64,000 nucleotides of DNA from Parasitella parasitica NRRL 2501 (GCA_025201805.1 MU619260.1:119569-183568), one strand, 5' to 3'. Shown: positions 22,820 to 36,425, counted from the stretch's first letter. Numbers and translations: made by a program. The notes: generated by a model from the sequence alone, not told the origin.

Positions 22820-25800
22820 TTAACGGATTATACGAGCATGTTGAGGAGCCTCAAGTTTCACCTTTGGCATTGGGTTGGCGATATCTTGAGGAACAACAAG
22901 TTTGCCCAAGGTACCTTTTAGTTCCTTTACTATGACACCTGCATCCTTTAATTCCTTTTCTTCTTCTGTTTCAAGCTTCTTTTTTGTGCCAAATAATAAA
23001 CCTGTGCCAAATAACAACGATGTTCTGGATGCTGATCTTGGCTTGTCAGCAGCAGAGACGACGCTGGTGCTATTACCCATTGTGGCTTCAGACTTTGATC
23101 TGCTTTTTGATGAACCACCAAACAGAGAAGTCAGCCCTGATTTTCTTGGTGTTGCAGCTGTAGCTGTTGTAGAACTAGTAGTTGTTGAAGAGGAGGTTGA
23201 AGTTGTCGTCAGTAGATCAGATGCAAGTGTAGGGGTTGTGGCGATAGATGCTTTTCCTGAAGATAAGGAACTATATGTGCCTGTTTTCGATGAAGCGGCG
23301 GCAGTTGCGTTAGCAATGATGTCTGCAATGATATCAAAATCTGATGGGGTACTTGGTCTATTAGGCTTGTTTTCATCCGAAGTACGAGGCGTTTGGTTAA
23401 CTGGTGTTAGTGGTGCTGTGGAAGACGACGCCGTTCTGGTTGGCATAGCGTCGTTTGCGTTATCATTATCATCTGATGCTGAAGATGTTGGTGATTTGGA
23501 GGTTAGTTGTACTGCCGCTTTTCCTGACGAAATCAACGACAATGAATTTCTCTTTTTCAAGCAAGACAATGCAGGGTCTAAATGTTTGTTCTTGACATCC
23601 GAAGCAGCAGCAATAGTCGATAATTCCTAAAGTTTTTTTTTTTCTTTTCTATTAGGACTCATGGTACTTGGTGTTTTTTCGTATATATAACACACCTCAT
23701 CTAATGAAGCCTTATCTTTTTCCTTGGCAGGTAGTTCTTCTGATGTTACGACAAAACCAGCACGCTTTAACAACTTGGGCATGGAGGATCTATAGCTCAG
23801 ATGACCAGTGACTAGATCTGTGCAATCCAAATTCTGTACTCTATTTCCCTCAATATGAGACAAGGGTCGCAGACCAGCAATGTTTCCTAAACCAGCTGTG
23901 GATGTTCTAAATAAGAAGCCTAGCAACCAATCGTTTGTTGCATAGCCATTAACAAAGCGACCCGATACAATAGTTGTACATTCCTTCCACTGGGCTTTGG
24001 AGGCACTGACAGGTGTGCCAAATAAAGCGACATTTTCAATCAAACCAAATGCTTTTACACGAGCCAATTCTAATAAACAAAAAAATATGACTCTGGCACC
24101 GAGAGAGTAGCCAACCAAAGTAACTGGTCTTGCGCCAAGATTTTGGTTCATTAAGGTGTCTGCTAAAATGAGACCAGCCAATCTAGATCTATCCAGTGCA
24201 TTTGCCCAGGGATTATCTACCATATAGCCTAATTTGGTGAGGGCAAGTGGAAATGCAAGTCCGGCTAGCAATGCGCCCATAATTGTATGTGCAAGTGCTT
24301 GTTGGATTGAAAATGTTACTGCCTCGGTGGCAAGGATGCGAAATGCACTGCCAAGTTCCTCCAACATTTCAGGCTCCCAGTAAAGTGAATAATGATCGCC
24401 CATCAAAGGATCCAATGTGCTAAAGGGGAGCGAAGCCTCATCTGTATCCTTGTTCGGTAGCCAGCTAAGCGACTGTTAGCTGTGAAGTTGTCGATACTGT
24501 GCATCATATTTACCCGGTAATACTAATGATACAGTTTACATTTTCATCCACATGTATTGGAAGGAATTCAAATGTATTTACAGTCTTCATACGTTTGTTC
24601 ATACTTTTCCCTAAGTGATTTTTTTTTAGTTGCCTGAAATTGCCTAAACAGAAAAGACATCAAGTATATATATACCAACCTCCAATTCCTGAACACCAAC
24701 AGTTACGACAAAACAATAACGATCAGCATGAGGAGTGAAAATGACAATCAAAATTACTTACTACCACCGGCAAGTGTTGCACCACCTGTAATCAAAGCAA
24801 TGCCTGCTGTACTACCCAAAAATCCGCTTCCACCAAAACCGACAGTTGTTAACAATGCACCAAGTCCACCTGCAATTACAGGAGCCATCAGGCCAGCACT
24901 AAGGCCTAAGATTAGCCCACCGCCTATGGTAGCCAAACCAATCATAACATAACGCTTCTTTCTACGTTGCTTGTTTCTACTCTTTTTTTCAATGTCATTT
25001 TTAACAAAGCCATCGCCGTCGACGTGTGTCATTGTCATGGTCGTCATGGTAGTTGCAATGCTAGTTACGGTCTCTGTTTCCCAGGCAGCATCTTGGATCA
25101 AATGCTCTGCAATCCTCTTTTCGAATCCAATCACTTGAAACCAATCCAAAGACAAATAAGACGCTATTCTAGCGACAAACACTCTAGAACGAGCATCATA
25201 ATTCTCGGCGCTCAGACAAATTAAAAATAGGTCGCACATTACTGTCCAGCACAGGTCAATAATAATCTTGTTGTCCTCAAACCCGGCTGAATGTTGTCCT
25301 TTGGCATTAAAATCGTCCAATTGAACTTCTGCTGTTTGTCCTTGCGATGTGAATTGATGTACAAGGTCTGTTGGCAAAATATCGTGTTTTGACAGAGATT
25401 CAATCATTTTGATTTCTGTTCAACGACGATTAATAATTTATCTCTCTTTTTCGAAAGCTAGAAGACTAACCATCAGGAGAGATATCCATATGGCAATACA
25501 GCATCTTCATTAATTTCCTTTGCCAGTTGTCTGCACTCATACGAGCATATGTGAATTCTTTGCCTTGCAAATCATAGACAACTTCCAAACTGGTCAGGTA
25601 GCATAGACTGACATAGGCTACCTTTTGTGTATCAGTGAATACGTCTTTGGTTTCTTGAATTTTAGGGTGGTGGTCGTTCTGCTGCACAGTTTCATCAACG
25701 TCTGCCTCGTCTTCTAGCGTGAGGGATTCCATTTCAAATATATGTGTGGTTGTGAGGATAGGTTGGACGCTATCAGGCACTTCGGGAAGATCAGCAGCCC

Positions 25801-26029
25801 AAGCACGAATTGCATTAGGTTTTGGCTCTAGTTTATTCAAATACAATTCATTCTGTTCTGCTAGTAATTCGGCTGTGAGTGGTTGGTTACTTTCCATAAT
25901 ACTAGCAGACTGCTGAGATTCCGTCGTTGACAAGTCATCGCTGCTACTTGTCAAGGATACGATTCCATTAGATAAAGAATAGCTTTCATCTTTAGGGCTG
26001 AAAGACGATGACTTTTGAATATCATCCAT
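22820..26029 (-). CDS. DUF726 / TMCO4-family membrane protein with lipase-like motif, multi-exon
   Basis: YDARSRV, IGLATIGGGLILGLSAGL, RPVTLVGYSLGARVIF, NDWLL and GHLSY; Ser/Thr-rich tail. Confidence 0.9.
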
Positions 26030-26235
26030 TTCTTGTGTCGGGTAAATGTTTGACGAGAGAAAAAAAGAACTAAAAAAAAATTAAAAAAAAAGAAAGAGAG
26101 AGAGAAAGGGGGTTGATGTCTAATTAGAAAAGAGAGAAAAAACGGAGAGCAGCATGTATGCCAAGTGATTGTTCAGAGTTGCCATAGTCGGGGAAAAAAG
26201 GCTAATTTTATCACAACTAATTGCTGTAGCACACT

Positions 26236-26556
26236 TACAGTGGTTTTAACAAAATCAATTTATTAATTCTAAAAACTCATATTCATATACTTGGTAAATA
26301 ACCTTCGTGAGTGGCAGATCCAGCCTTGGCAGTCTTCAGGTGTAAATTTCTCGACGCCTCTTCAATTCTGTCAGCAATCATTTCGTTCTTCAAAAGAGGC
26401 GTTTTATGTACTTCTCTCTCAATCTTTGACCAATACTCTTCAATAGGATTCAAAAAAGGAGAGTATGGTGGTAGAAACAAAGCAGTGTGCCCAGTGTCAC
26501 GAATTGCTGTCACGACTTTTTCGGTTTTTTGTATTGTGGCATTGTCCATAACAACA
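26236..26556 (-). mobile_element. Tc1/IS630-type transposase 3' fragment with a candidate terminal TA+CAGTGG
   Basis: VVMDNA..., LFLPPYSPFLNPIEEYWSK (DDE_3 signature). TA CAGTGG at 26236 just past the stop. No partner TIR seen. Confidence 0.8.
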
Positions 26557-26749
26557 TGTGTTGACAAAATCTCACCCAAATCATTATCTACTCAATTCAC
26601 TCCATATACCAATAAGCATCGTTGTTTTCATACACTAAGAAACATTCCTGAGCCCAAACTGGAGATGGAAATGATCGCAAGCATCGCTGCTTATTGGTAT
26701 ATGGAGTGAATTGAGTAGATAATGATTTGGGTGAGATTTTGTCAACACA
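26557..26749. repeat. Perfect 62-bp inverted repeat (26557-26618 / 26688-26749)
   Basis: Direct reading: the arms are exact reverse complements with a 69-bp spacer. Confidence 0.95.
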
Positions 26750-26960
26750 GAAAATTATCACAACGGTTTTTGAATCATATCGTTCAATAACATTTATCGC
26801 ATACTGCACTAGTCTCATCATAAACTTGTCGTCCACCATTGCTTGTACCTCGATTAAGACGAGGAAGAGATTTTTGAATATCTAATTTAGGCTCATATAG
26901 AGTGTCGCTCCTTGTATTGTTGGGGCCATTCACTTGACGCAACTCCATAGGTTCCTGCCG
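26619..26960 (-). pseudogene. Remnant of a PD-(D/E)xK-like (D...ExQ) nuclease gene
   Basis: RSDTLYEP...LP [frameshift] VLIEVQAMVDDKFMMRLVQYAINVIERY...VIIFCV, resembling an Rpn-type nuclease core. Confidence 0.5.
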
Positions 26961-27099
26961 GTTTATTTAATATCGAATTTTACTATTAAATCTATTACAT
27001 TTTGTTTTTCAAGATTCTTTTTGACAAGATATCTCGTCCTGGTAAGAAAGCGGATGGTAGTTTCAAAGCTAACAACTCGTTATCTTGATATCTCTATTG

Positions 27100-28480
27100 A
27101 CTGTATTTGAATGTAACAAAGTGCATTAAGTACCTTATCTTGTGTGAATCAAGTACATATACCTCCAAGTTTTTATGCAGTACTCGCCTACGTTACCTCT
27201 ACACTCCTCTGGACAGTTTCGTATAAGGTTTTTGTCTCTATCCAGAATAATCAGCAAAAATCACTGATTTTTTATGAGATTGTATAGACGCTGACAGGCT
27301 AAGGTTAAGAGCACCTTTAAAACAGGCATGGTCGTTGCTATCTGAGCATAACTTGGTTTTGACTTGGGATGCGTCTATCAAGAGATATGTGAAAAAACGC
27401 TTTCTTTTTTGTAAATAATCATAAATATCAGATATTTTATTATAATGTCTGCTATAAAAATAGTACACCAACTTGGAAAAGATAGCTTTGATTTACCCCA
27501 ATCTGGTATCAACCATTTTATCAATGTTAAATTGATATATAGGCTTCGATAAATAGAAAATAAGTCTTGTTCTCAGCTTGATTGCAACAGGCATATAATT
27601 AGGGCTATCTGTACATTATTTATATTTTCCACTGGGCGACGTCTCTGGCAGTAGCTATGTACAAAATATAGAATGTATTGGAGGGATCCTATTGAGAAAA
27701 CCTTAGAGGATATGTATGCCTGACCTTGGATAGATGGTGTCCCTATTAGCAAAAGTTGAGAAACAAAAACTTCTATTTCATTTGAATTTACCGTAGTAGC
27801 AGCAAAGTAAAGGTGTAATAGAAACATGTACATCACTATGTTAAGCTGCACCTAAATTTGATAATGAATACAACTGCTTCTTAACTCAATTGACAAGTGT
27901 AGACAACACCACTTAAGACACTTAATTAGCAGCATAGAGACAGCTGTGGTCATTAAATAGGTGTGTGGACAATGATATGTTATGAAAATTTTCTGTATGA
28001 ACAGTTTTAGCCAGCGTTGAGGAAGACTCACATGAAGGAGCGATGCCCATCATTTTATAATTGTAATTGTTGGTGTCATGTAGGGTGCTCCTGAAAAAAT
28101 GTTTCAAGGCAAAATATCTATAAGCATCTATAAGAATTAGATCATCTTGCCACTACTTGATTGCCATTAGAAGCCATCAGAATATGTTTGGGAATTTCGA
28201 GCCGATTCAGTATAATAGCTTGAAAGTGATAAGAAAAATTAGCACTATATATAAGACTTATATGTTGGTCCAATGAAGCAAGAGTATCAGCTAGTTCTGC
28301 ATAACTCATTTTCTCTCTGCCAATTTTATTTGGCTTGTTGTACCGCTGAATGAATACCAACCACGCCCGTGAAGGGATCGATTTGTATGATTTCGATGCT
28401 ATTGAGCTATTCATAGACATATCCTGTGGACAAATAATTCCCTAAAGTGAATTTAATTTGAGTACATAAGGTGCCTCTAA
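27100..28480 (-). pseudogene. Heavily degenerate remnant of a multicopy gene family
   Basis: Fragmented ORFs. The segment 27329-27385 resembles 49629-49685. Confidence 0.3.
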
Positions 28481-30070
28481 ATATGGATTTATCATTATGT
28501 CTAAAAATATTGCGTATACCTATATTGAATGAAAAGAAATACATGATTTTCTCTGTCAATTAAAATAAAACAAAATAAACTATAGATAAACACAAATATA
28601 TATAAACTTCCAGGGACCTTACATTACGATCTATGACAATATACATATTGTTTTGTATAAAAGCAATATAAGTTGGTTTGAATCAAAATACATATATATA
28701 TTTCACACTTTAATTTGAATCGATACGCAAGCATATACAACAGGGTTTTATTGAAACAAAGCAAGAAATATAAGGAGAAAAAGGGGGTAGAGGAGAAACA
28801 TCTGAAATGGTATGGTCGGATACACAGATAATCAAGTGCACGATCAGAAAATACACAATACAAGACACATACACGCACAAAAAGGGGGGTTAATGTCTGA
28901 CGAGCATTACGGCAGCGTATGTTGTATTTTTAGGTAAAAAAAAAAAAAAAAAGATACGAGAATATCAAAACAACGTCGGACGACGGCAACTGTTACCACG
29001 CATCAAAACAAATAAAGCATCGCGCATTTGCACTGTATGCCATTTGATTGTATGTAATGTACAAACATCCAATTTTACGTTACTAAAGGCTGCATGAATA
29101 TGTAATGTAGTAGGAACATCTTTTTTTTATGAAAAAAAAAAAAGAAGTAGTAGAGATACATTGTATCATAAGTGGAATTGTATGATTTATTTTAATTTTA
29201 AAAAGAAGTGTAACTGTGCGTGTATACACAAATACGATTGTTTATACATAAAAGGAGAATTTACTATACATGAAGACTTGGCTGATGATAATGATATGTA
29301 TGAATAGTATACGATGCCCTTTTTTTTTTTGCAGATCCTACATACATCATCATTCTTTCCATGTTGATCCTACTAAATCATGTATTAAATATGTATACTC
29401 ATGATAAAAATCAGAGATAAAGAAAGGCCTATTACTTTGTATAGTAAACATGTTGTAAAAAATGATACGAACCAAAATGTCAGAGCAAAATTATGCTACG
29501 TTTTATACGATATATACAACATCCACCGATATTTTTGTTTAAACGTAAATGTTTAGTTTTCGAAAGCTTGACCATTTTTTTACACGCTCTTTTTGATGAA
29601 CAAACCAAATGTTGGTAGGATTTTTCCAGCTATTCCCTGATACATGCAGATTTTGTATTTTATTTATAACAAATCAGTTTTTTACTAGTACGTATTTCTA
29701 ATCTTTGCTTGTAACTCACGTGCTTTTTAAAATAACGTGAATACAAGTTAACGCAGCAATTCCCTTTTTCTTTTTCGCTTTTGCTATTTTTTCTCTCTTT
29801 TTTGCCTTTTGGGCATTTAACAAAAACAAACCATCAAGTATTTTTTATATAAACATATATGTTTTTGTAAAATTGCTTCTTCTTTTGCTTTGCTGCCCAA
29901 CAAACAGAGCTACTTTTCTTTTTTATTCTTCCTTTTTTTATTTACTTCTTTCCTCCTTCTCCCCCTCTTTTTTCTACTACAAAAAAAATAATACAAGTCA
30001 GTGTAAATACTCCAATAAAAAAAAGCAAAAAGAGATAATTCCAACACGATTCCCTCCCCAGGTTTAATAA

Positions 30071-32013
30071 ATGCATGAACTGGTTCAGAATGAAAAAAAC
30101 AAGGAGAAGAGTAGCAGAGCACGGCCACCACTACAGACACGCACGGGCCCCAACGCATCATCCAACAAAAAGTCTTCTTTATCGGTAGAAGAGAAGCAAC
30201 AAAAAAGAGTAGCAGCGAGAGCAGCAACAGCAATGGCACAAGTGCTACATCGTAGACACGAACCCCGGTCTCTAATGATGTGGGGCGACCGGAAGAAGGT
30301 GCGCCGTAATTTTATATGTTTGTTTTATTTACTCTGATTTAGGGGAACACTATTTCGTTATTATTTTATCTAGGCTGTCAATTTCACTCTTTTGTTTTTG
30401 TTTTTGTTGTATATATGAGTATTTTGTCAATTTTATAATTTAGAAAAAAAAAACAGGGAAAAAGATTGGGGGGGGGGGTAGAACAAGATACAAATATAAC
30501 TTGGTGTTACATTTTCAGTCAACCATACTGAAAAAAGTGAGGATAGAGATAGTATATTTCATAAATACGAAAACAAATAAGATAATTAACGAAATATGTT
30601 TCATAAATCAAGTTTTTTTTTTTTTTTTTTGTTTTTTTTATAATTCTTTTTCTAAAATTTCTTTCTCTTTTTCATTAGGCTGTCATTAAACGGTACCCTG
30701 ATGGTGGACAAGAAATCATCGTGCCGCAAACATTAACTCCAGAACAAGAACACTACGAATTTCCACCTCGCTCAAGATTTCTAAAAAAATTAGCAACGTC
30801 TACTGCCGAACGTCGACGTATATCTGTTCTCCAGGATCACGCGGTACCTTCTGCCCCTACTTCAATCTCTGCTGCTGATCATCCTACTCCTACCCCTTCT
30901 TACCACACATTGCCACTGCCACCTCCGACTGCAACTACAACTACAACACTGTCTGCAGATATGCGGCAACCTGATCAATCAGCATTGAATGAATGGTTTT
31001 CTAAAAAGATCAAGACTAATAGATCCAATTCCAAGCTTGATAAAGACCGTGCTGTCATCGACTGGATAAATGATGTTGAGCGATCCTCTACAAAGATTCT
31101 TCTACCCAGTAAACGCCTAATCATGTCACCAACTCCTTCTTCGTGCAATAGTCATAAAATTCAGTTTAAAAGCGACGCTGGTAAACGATGGGCCAACAGC
31201 ATTACCTCCAATACATCTTTGTTCCCACCAGATGACACATGTCATAAGCACTATGTTCCTCGTCGATTGCTCACTTTTTCAAAGAAAGGCACTTTACAGC
31301 AAGATTCAAGCGCTGCAGAAACTGCTGCAACCAAGATCCAAGACATTTGGAAAGAATACCATGATAAATCAACGCCAATGCTACTAGAAAATAAAGTGGG
31401 CATGGTTGCCATGGCAACAACTGGTCAGCGCACTCCTATTGCTGGCTTGGTCCATTTATTACAGCGACTGAATCAATCATTTGAGCAACGACAATTACAT
31501 CAAAAGAACCGCATTGCAGAAATTGAATCGGTTTTGAAAAAAGAAATCCAAAAACGCCAGCAAGCAGAAGAAAAGATGAAAAAGTTTGAGAGCGTGTATC
31601 AGCAACAGCAACAACAAATGCCACACGCAAACAGCAAAGGTCACGAAAAGTATCAGTCGCTTCTGTCTAAAGTAACTGAATTAGAACTGTGCGTGAAGCG
31701 TGAAAGCCATTCAAAAAAAATACTGCAAGAGCAATTGTTAAAGGCAACTGCCTCTGCTACTCGTCCTCCACCTCCTTCTACTACCGCTACTAGCAATGCC
31801 TCTTTGAAAAGCAAAAGAAAGACACTTGTACCTGCCAGTGCGTCTGCTGCAGCGTCTCCACTTTTGAATCGATCCCATGTCAAGCCGTCATCCAGGGACA
31901 GAACATCCTCTCTAGCGTACGTAGGTCTTAAATCAAACGCTGCTACAGGTGCAACTACTCCATTGGCATCGCGAAGATCAACTCTGGTACGGTCATCCAA
32001 CATAAAGAAATAA
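30071..32013 (+). CDS. Uncharacterised protein with an IQ-like motif and coiled coil; intron 30299-30678
   Basis: Splicing gives ...WGDRKK|AVIKRYPDGGQEIIVP in frame with the 430-aa ORF. Contains AATKIQDIWKEY and a heptad-rich segment. Confidence 0.7.
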
Positions 32014-33261
32014 TCATTGTGTATATCATACCCCCCCCTTTATAAATATTATATATATATATATCATATTGTAGCAGTAGTAACAGCAGCAACAGCAATA
32101 GCAACAGCATCAGCAACAGTAGTTGTAGGTAGATGTCATCTTATTTTGCTAGTATTTCTGTACATATTATAATAGTAAATCGTCTTGATACAAGATGATA
32201 AATCACGGTTTAAATAAATAAATTACATTAAAAATTGAAAAGTAGAACACAGGTAACGCTTTTCAATAGACACTATTCGTGCAACAAGTAACCATGTAAA
32301 TATATAAATATAAAAAGCGTAGCAATTTATCCTTACGATTTTTAGGTATTTTTACTTGTGATTCATTGTATAAGAGACGTGATATCAGTTTTTTAAGGGT
32401 GTAGTACAGCAAGTAAATTTATCAGACCATTCTGTCAGAAACCCATAAATGTATAGTCATCTTTTTCGACCAATGCAATTTTCAAAGTATGGACTTTTTG
32501 AACCATGCATTCAATATAAAAGGAAATTTTCTTACTAGTTGAAAATATCAGACCACTTCTTTTTTGTTGTGTGTGGAATGAACCCAGAGTTTCTCAGTTT
32601 ATGTATAACATTTTGTTTATATTTAACCTTGCATATTCACTACATTGCAAAAGCGCACAGGCATAGTAAGGCAAAGCGAAGAACGTGTCTACATTTGGAT
32701 ATAAACATATGCTTCAAATTCCAAAAAAAAAAAAGGGTTCCCCTTTTTATGTATCCTTTTCTGTTAAATTCGTGCACAATACTAGGGGATTTCCATTGTT
32801 GAGAAAATGAGGTATGAAAAATGTATACATTTATAATCAAAGAGCAAGAAAAAAAGGGGCACACGGTTCAAGCGGCCAAGTTGAGCAACTGTAAACGATC
32901 ATGATGGCTTAAAAAGGTAATAAAAAGGTTAAAATGAAGGAAAACTTGTATCAAGTTGATGTGGTCATGTTTACAATGGAATCTGGTCGAGAGATCGACC
33001 GCTTTTCAAAGGCAAAAGGTAGTTTTATGTTTGTCATGTTTAGCACATTTAATTACACTAAATTGTGATGATGTTGATGCTGTCGTCGTCGTCTTTGTTG
33101 TTGTTGTTGCTGTTGTTGTTGTTGTTGTCGACCTTGTGGTTTGATTAGTGAATACAGTGTATCACAATAATAAGAAAATACATTTGTATTACACTATGAA
33201 AGGGGTGGGGGGGGGGAGAGAGACAGAGAGAGATACACAGAGAGAGAAAAGGTGCTATTTT

Positions 33262-33269
33262 TATATAAA
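33262..33269 (+). promoter_or_regulatory. Putative TATA box
   Basis: TATATAAA ~70 bp upstream of the ATG at 33336, followed by a pyrimidine tract. Confidence 0.45.
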
Positions 33270-33335
33270 AAGTGCCTTGGGCACAGATTTTATTCTTTCT
33301 TCTTTTTTCTTTAATGCAATCGTTCTAAAAACAAA

Positions 33336-34772
33336 ATGGCTACCACTACACTATCACCGTCGATCGACCTGTCGCCTGACATCAATACAAATGATCTGAC
33401 TAGCATTCAAAGCTCTTTAATCGAATCATTTGGCCAGATTTGCTCAGTAGAGCAAATGGAACTATGTCAAAAACTTGGGATGCTATCAAAATCAGAGCAG
33501 CAACAAGCATACAAAATGGCCAAAGCACTCATTGAACACCGGCAAATGCCTGTGAGCATGGAAGATTGGAATAATTTGACCGAATGGGTTCTGATGCTGA
33601 GAGACAGATATGCCGCGCATCTTGAATCTCAAAATATCCGACAGCATGCCAATGACTTGGAGCGTATAGGGTATTTGGATCAAGTGCAGCGATTGTCTAG
33701 TCTGCTGGAGGAATACGGCCAAGCACACGATGATTTAACGGATTTGCTACAGGCACTCAAGAAACTACGAAACGACTGGAAGCATCGCAAACGAGATGTT
33801 GAAAATATCGTGCTCTCTATACTGTCATCCTCGTCTAATCCGCATCCAGATTACCGTGTTGTCAAAATAACAAGATCACATTTAGCAACATTAGGGTTGG
33901 GATTTAGTTCTATTGGCAAACACTATATTGTGTACGAATCGACTATGTCAGATGAATCCAAAAAAGACATATTGAACAATGTTGCAAGGGATTTTGGTAT
34001 GGTGTTTCAAGAAAATGCTGCTCAAAATTTGGCAAGAATGGCTGGTAGCTACCACCGCATATTTCAGCAGGAGGAAGACGTGGATGTGCTGGATGAAATT
34101 CAAAAGCTCGCTCGACAAGTGTACATAACGCGGCCGAGGTCTGTGATTCTACCATACCCCACAAGCCTGCCGACCTCTGCTGCCGCCGGTACAACAACGG
34201 CGGTAGACGCTGCTACTGCTAAAAGAAACTCAACATTTTTGGAAAGAAGAAAATCAATTATCATATTGGAAAGCGAGGGAAATGTCAATAATAATCATGC
34301 AAACGAAAATGGTGACCAGCACCTGCAGGATAACAATATGAGACCGCCCATGGTCTTCAATATGGCAAAGCCTGTATTTGAACCCGCTGGTTGGGATTGG
34401 TCATATCTGCTAAAATACAAGAGACGACGTACAAGAAGTGGCAACCATGGTGGTTCCTACTATTGGTGTACGCAAATTTTGTCTCCAAATGTAACTAGTG
34501 AAAAAGAAGCCATCTCTTCGCCTCAAGGTGTTTGGTCTACCTCCATTTCGCGGTTATCAGATCATTTTACTAAAGTGGGACAAGATTACTACTCTAACAT
34601 GCTAAATAATGCGCGCTTAATGCATTCTCACAGAACTCAAATGTTTGAGTTTACTACTCATTCTTTAATGAAAACTTATCGTGCGTTACAGATAGAGCAA
34701 GGCTGTGCCAATTTAAGTAGAACTTTGGTATTCTTATATAGACTTCAACAAGAAACACCACAAAGAATTTAA
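33336..34772 (+). CDS. Intronless hypothetical protein, 478 aa, helical
   Basis: Long uninterrupted ORF, AAAATGG start context, upstream TATA box. No family recognised. Confidence 0.8.
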   Translation: MATTTLSPSIDLSPDINTNDLTSIQSSLIESFGQICSVEQMELCQKLGMLSKSEQQQAYKMAKALIEHRQMPVSMEDWNNLTEWVLMLRDRYAAHLESQNIRQHANDLERIGYLDQVQRLSSLLEEYGQAHDDLTDLLQALKKLRNDWKHRKRDVENIVLSILSSSSNPHPDYRVVKITRSHLATLGLGFSSIGKHYIVYESTMSDESKKDILNNVARDFGMVFQENAAQNLARMAGSYHRIFQQEEDVDVLDEIQKLARQVYITRPRSVILPYPTSLPTSAAAGTTTAVDAATAKRNSTFLERRKSIIILESEGNVNNNHANENGDQHLQDNNMRPPMVFNMAKPVFEPAGWDWSYLLKYKRRRTRSGNHGGSYYWCTQILSPNVTSEKEAISSPQGVWSTSISRLSDHFTKVGQDYYSNMLNNARLMHSHRTQMFEFTTHSLMKTYRALQIEQGCANLSRTLVFLYRLQQETPQRI

Positions 34773-34806
34773 CTCGAAACTATATTTACTCTTTATTACT
34801 TTTTGT

Positions 34807-34859
<53 letters not shown>

Positions 34860-34918
34860 AGTTTTTATATGAATTGTGGCAATAATACTTTCAGGGGAAC
34901 TTGTTGAAAATGTTATTT

Positions 34919-36425
34919 TCACGAGATGCAATTTCGAATCCTATGTATAATGTCTGTTTGTTCTTGTTTGGTTTGATTTCGTATCACTAATGGGTCTGCT
35001 GTTAGCTCTAGTAGCAGAATGATGAAATCTAATTGTTGAAAAGTGTCGTTTTCAAGACATAAAGTCGATTTTTGTCTATACAAATTGCATAATAATTGCA
35101 CATCAGGGTATAGTTGATGCTTTAGTTTAGCTTCGATGACCTGTGCACGTACAAGATCGTCTACAATAACAGTTAGGTTTGCCTCGATTGCATAAGATTT
35201 GCAACACTTACCAATCTCGATGGCTAGCAGTAATGCATTGAACATGTGCCAAACATTGGTTACGTCCAATGCATAAATATCGATAATTTTATGTTCTAAA
35301 TCACCCAGCGAGGCAAATGCTTGAATCATTAAATACAAAATAGCATCCTTTTTCATTCCAGAAAGGGGTTCAAATGAACATACTATTGAACAAACTGTAT
35401 ACAACACGATGGCAATATGCTCAGATGGTATATCATGATATGTCTGATCTTTTTGTGCAAATAAATTAGCTGCCTCGCATACAATGGACGTGATTGAGTT
35501 GTTTGGGTCGGTCAGTGCTGGTGCTGGCTTTGCTCTATTTCTTTCTCTAGTCAGATACTTGACAGCCAATTGATCGCATGCGTCTATCAAGGCATGTATG
35601 GACAATGCGCGAATATTTTTAGCAATATCGAATAATTGTGATGTCTCCAGTTTCCATTTTCCTGCAAGAGCCTCAAGATATACGTTTTTAGAAGCATCTA
35701 ATTGCTGGTAGAGACAAAGTAATCGAGCTAGTGCCAATCGAGCACAGTAGAGAAATGATGTTATTTGTGCTGATGAGTAAGTTGTAGCAGGAGATGTATT
35801 TATCAGATGGATCAACATTTGTAAAGCTTTCTCAGTGTACTGTGGCCGTTTTAGTGTATATAATGTCTGTGCCTGGGTCCAATACGTTGTTATGGCAACC
35901 GTTGCATTTTCTGACCCTTCAGCTTGATCCAATATCAAAAGAGCCTCTAAGTTTTTCTGTTAAATAAAGATTGATTTGTTTATACCAAATTATTATTGAA
36001 AATAATAAAGATTTACCTTGAACTTTGGGGTGAACTGCTATGTTTTGATGGTTCTCGGGGTTTTTGGGTGCAGGGTTCAGCTTCCTTTGGTTGGCAATGT
36101 GTTTTGCGCTTTTCAAGTGGTTGGTAAATGTAGGCTCATTGCTAAACCTTTTCTTGCATGCCTTGCAATATGTATCAATAGCCAACTCTTTTTCTTTTTT
36201 GGCGAATGGGGATGCCATTGCTGCTGGTTTTTTCGTCTCTGCGAGTGTAATAACATTTAGTTTTGGCAGGTCATAGGGTAAAATCCTTTCTAAAGGCTGA
36301 AATACTACAAACATCGTTAGTTTTTTTTTTTCAACACTTGATCACTCGATTCATTTAATAAACATACTGTTGAATTGTTGAACATTCAATTCTGGATCGT
36401 ATAACGGCAACATGGGAGTGGACAT
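34919..36425 (-). CDS. C2H2 (U1/JAZ-type) zinc-finger protein with a helical-repeat C-terminus
   Basis: YCKACKKRFSNEPTFTNHLKSAKH; ATG at 36425; two introns; 339-codon last exon. Confidence 0.75.

Noticed and set aside
34811-34856. 46-nt poly-A as a retrocopy tail
   Set aside because: No TSD seen, and long homopolymers occur throughout the window.
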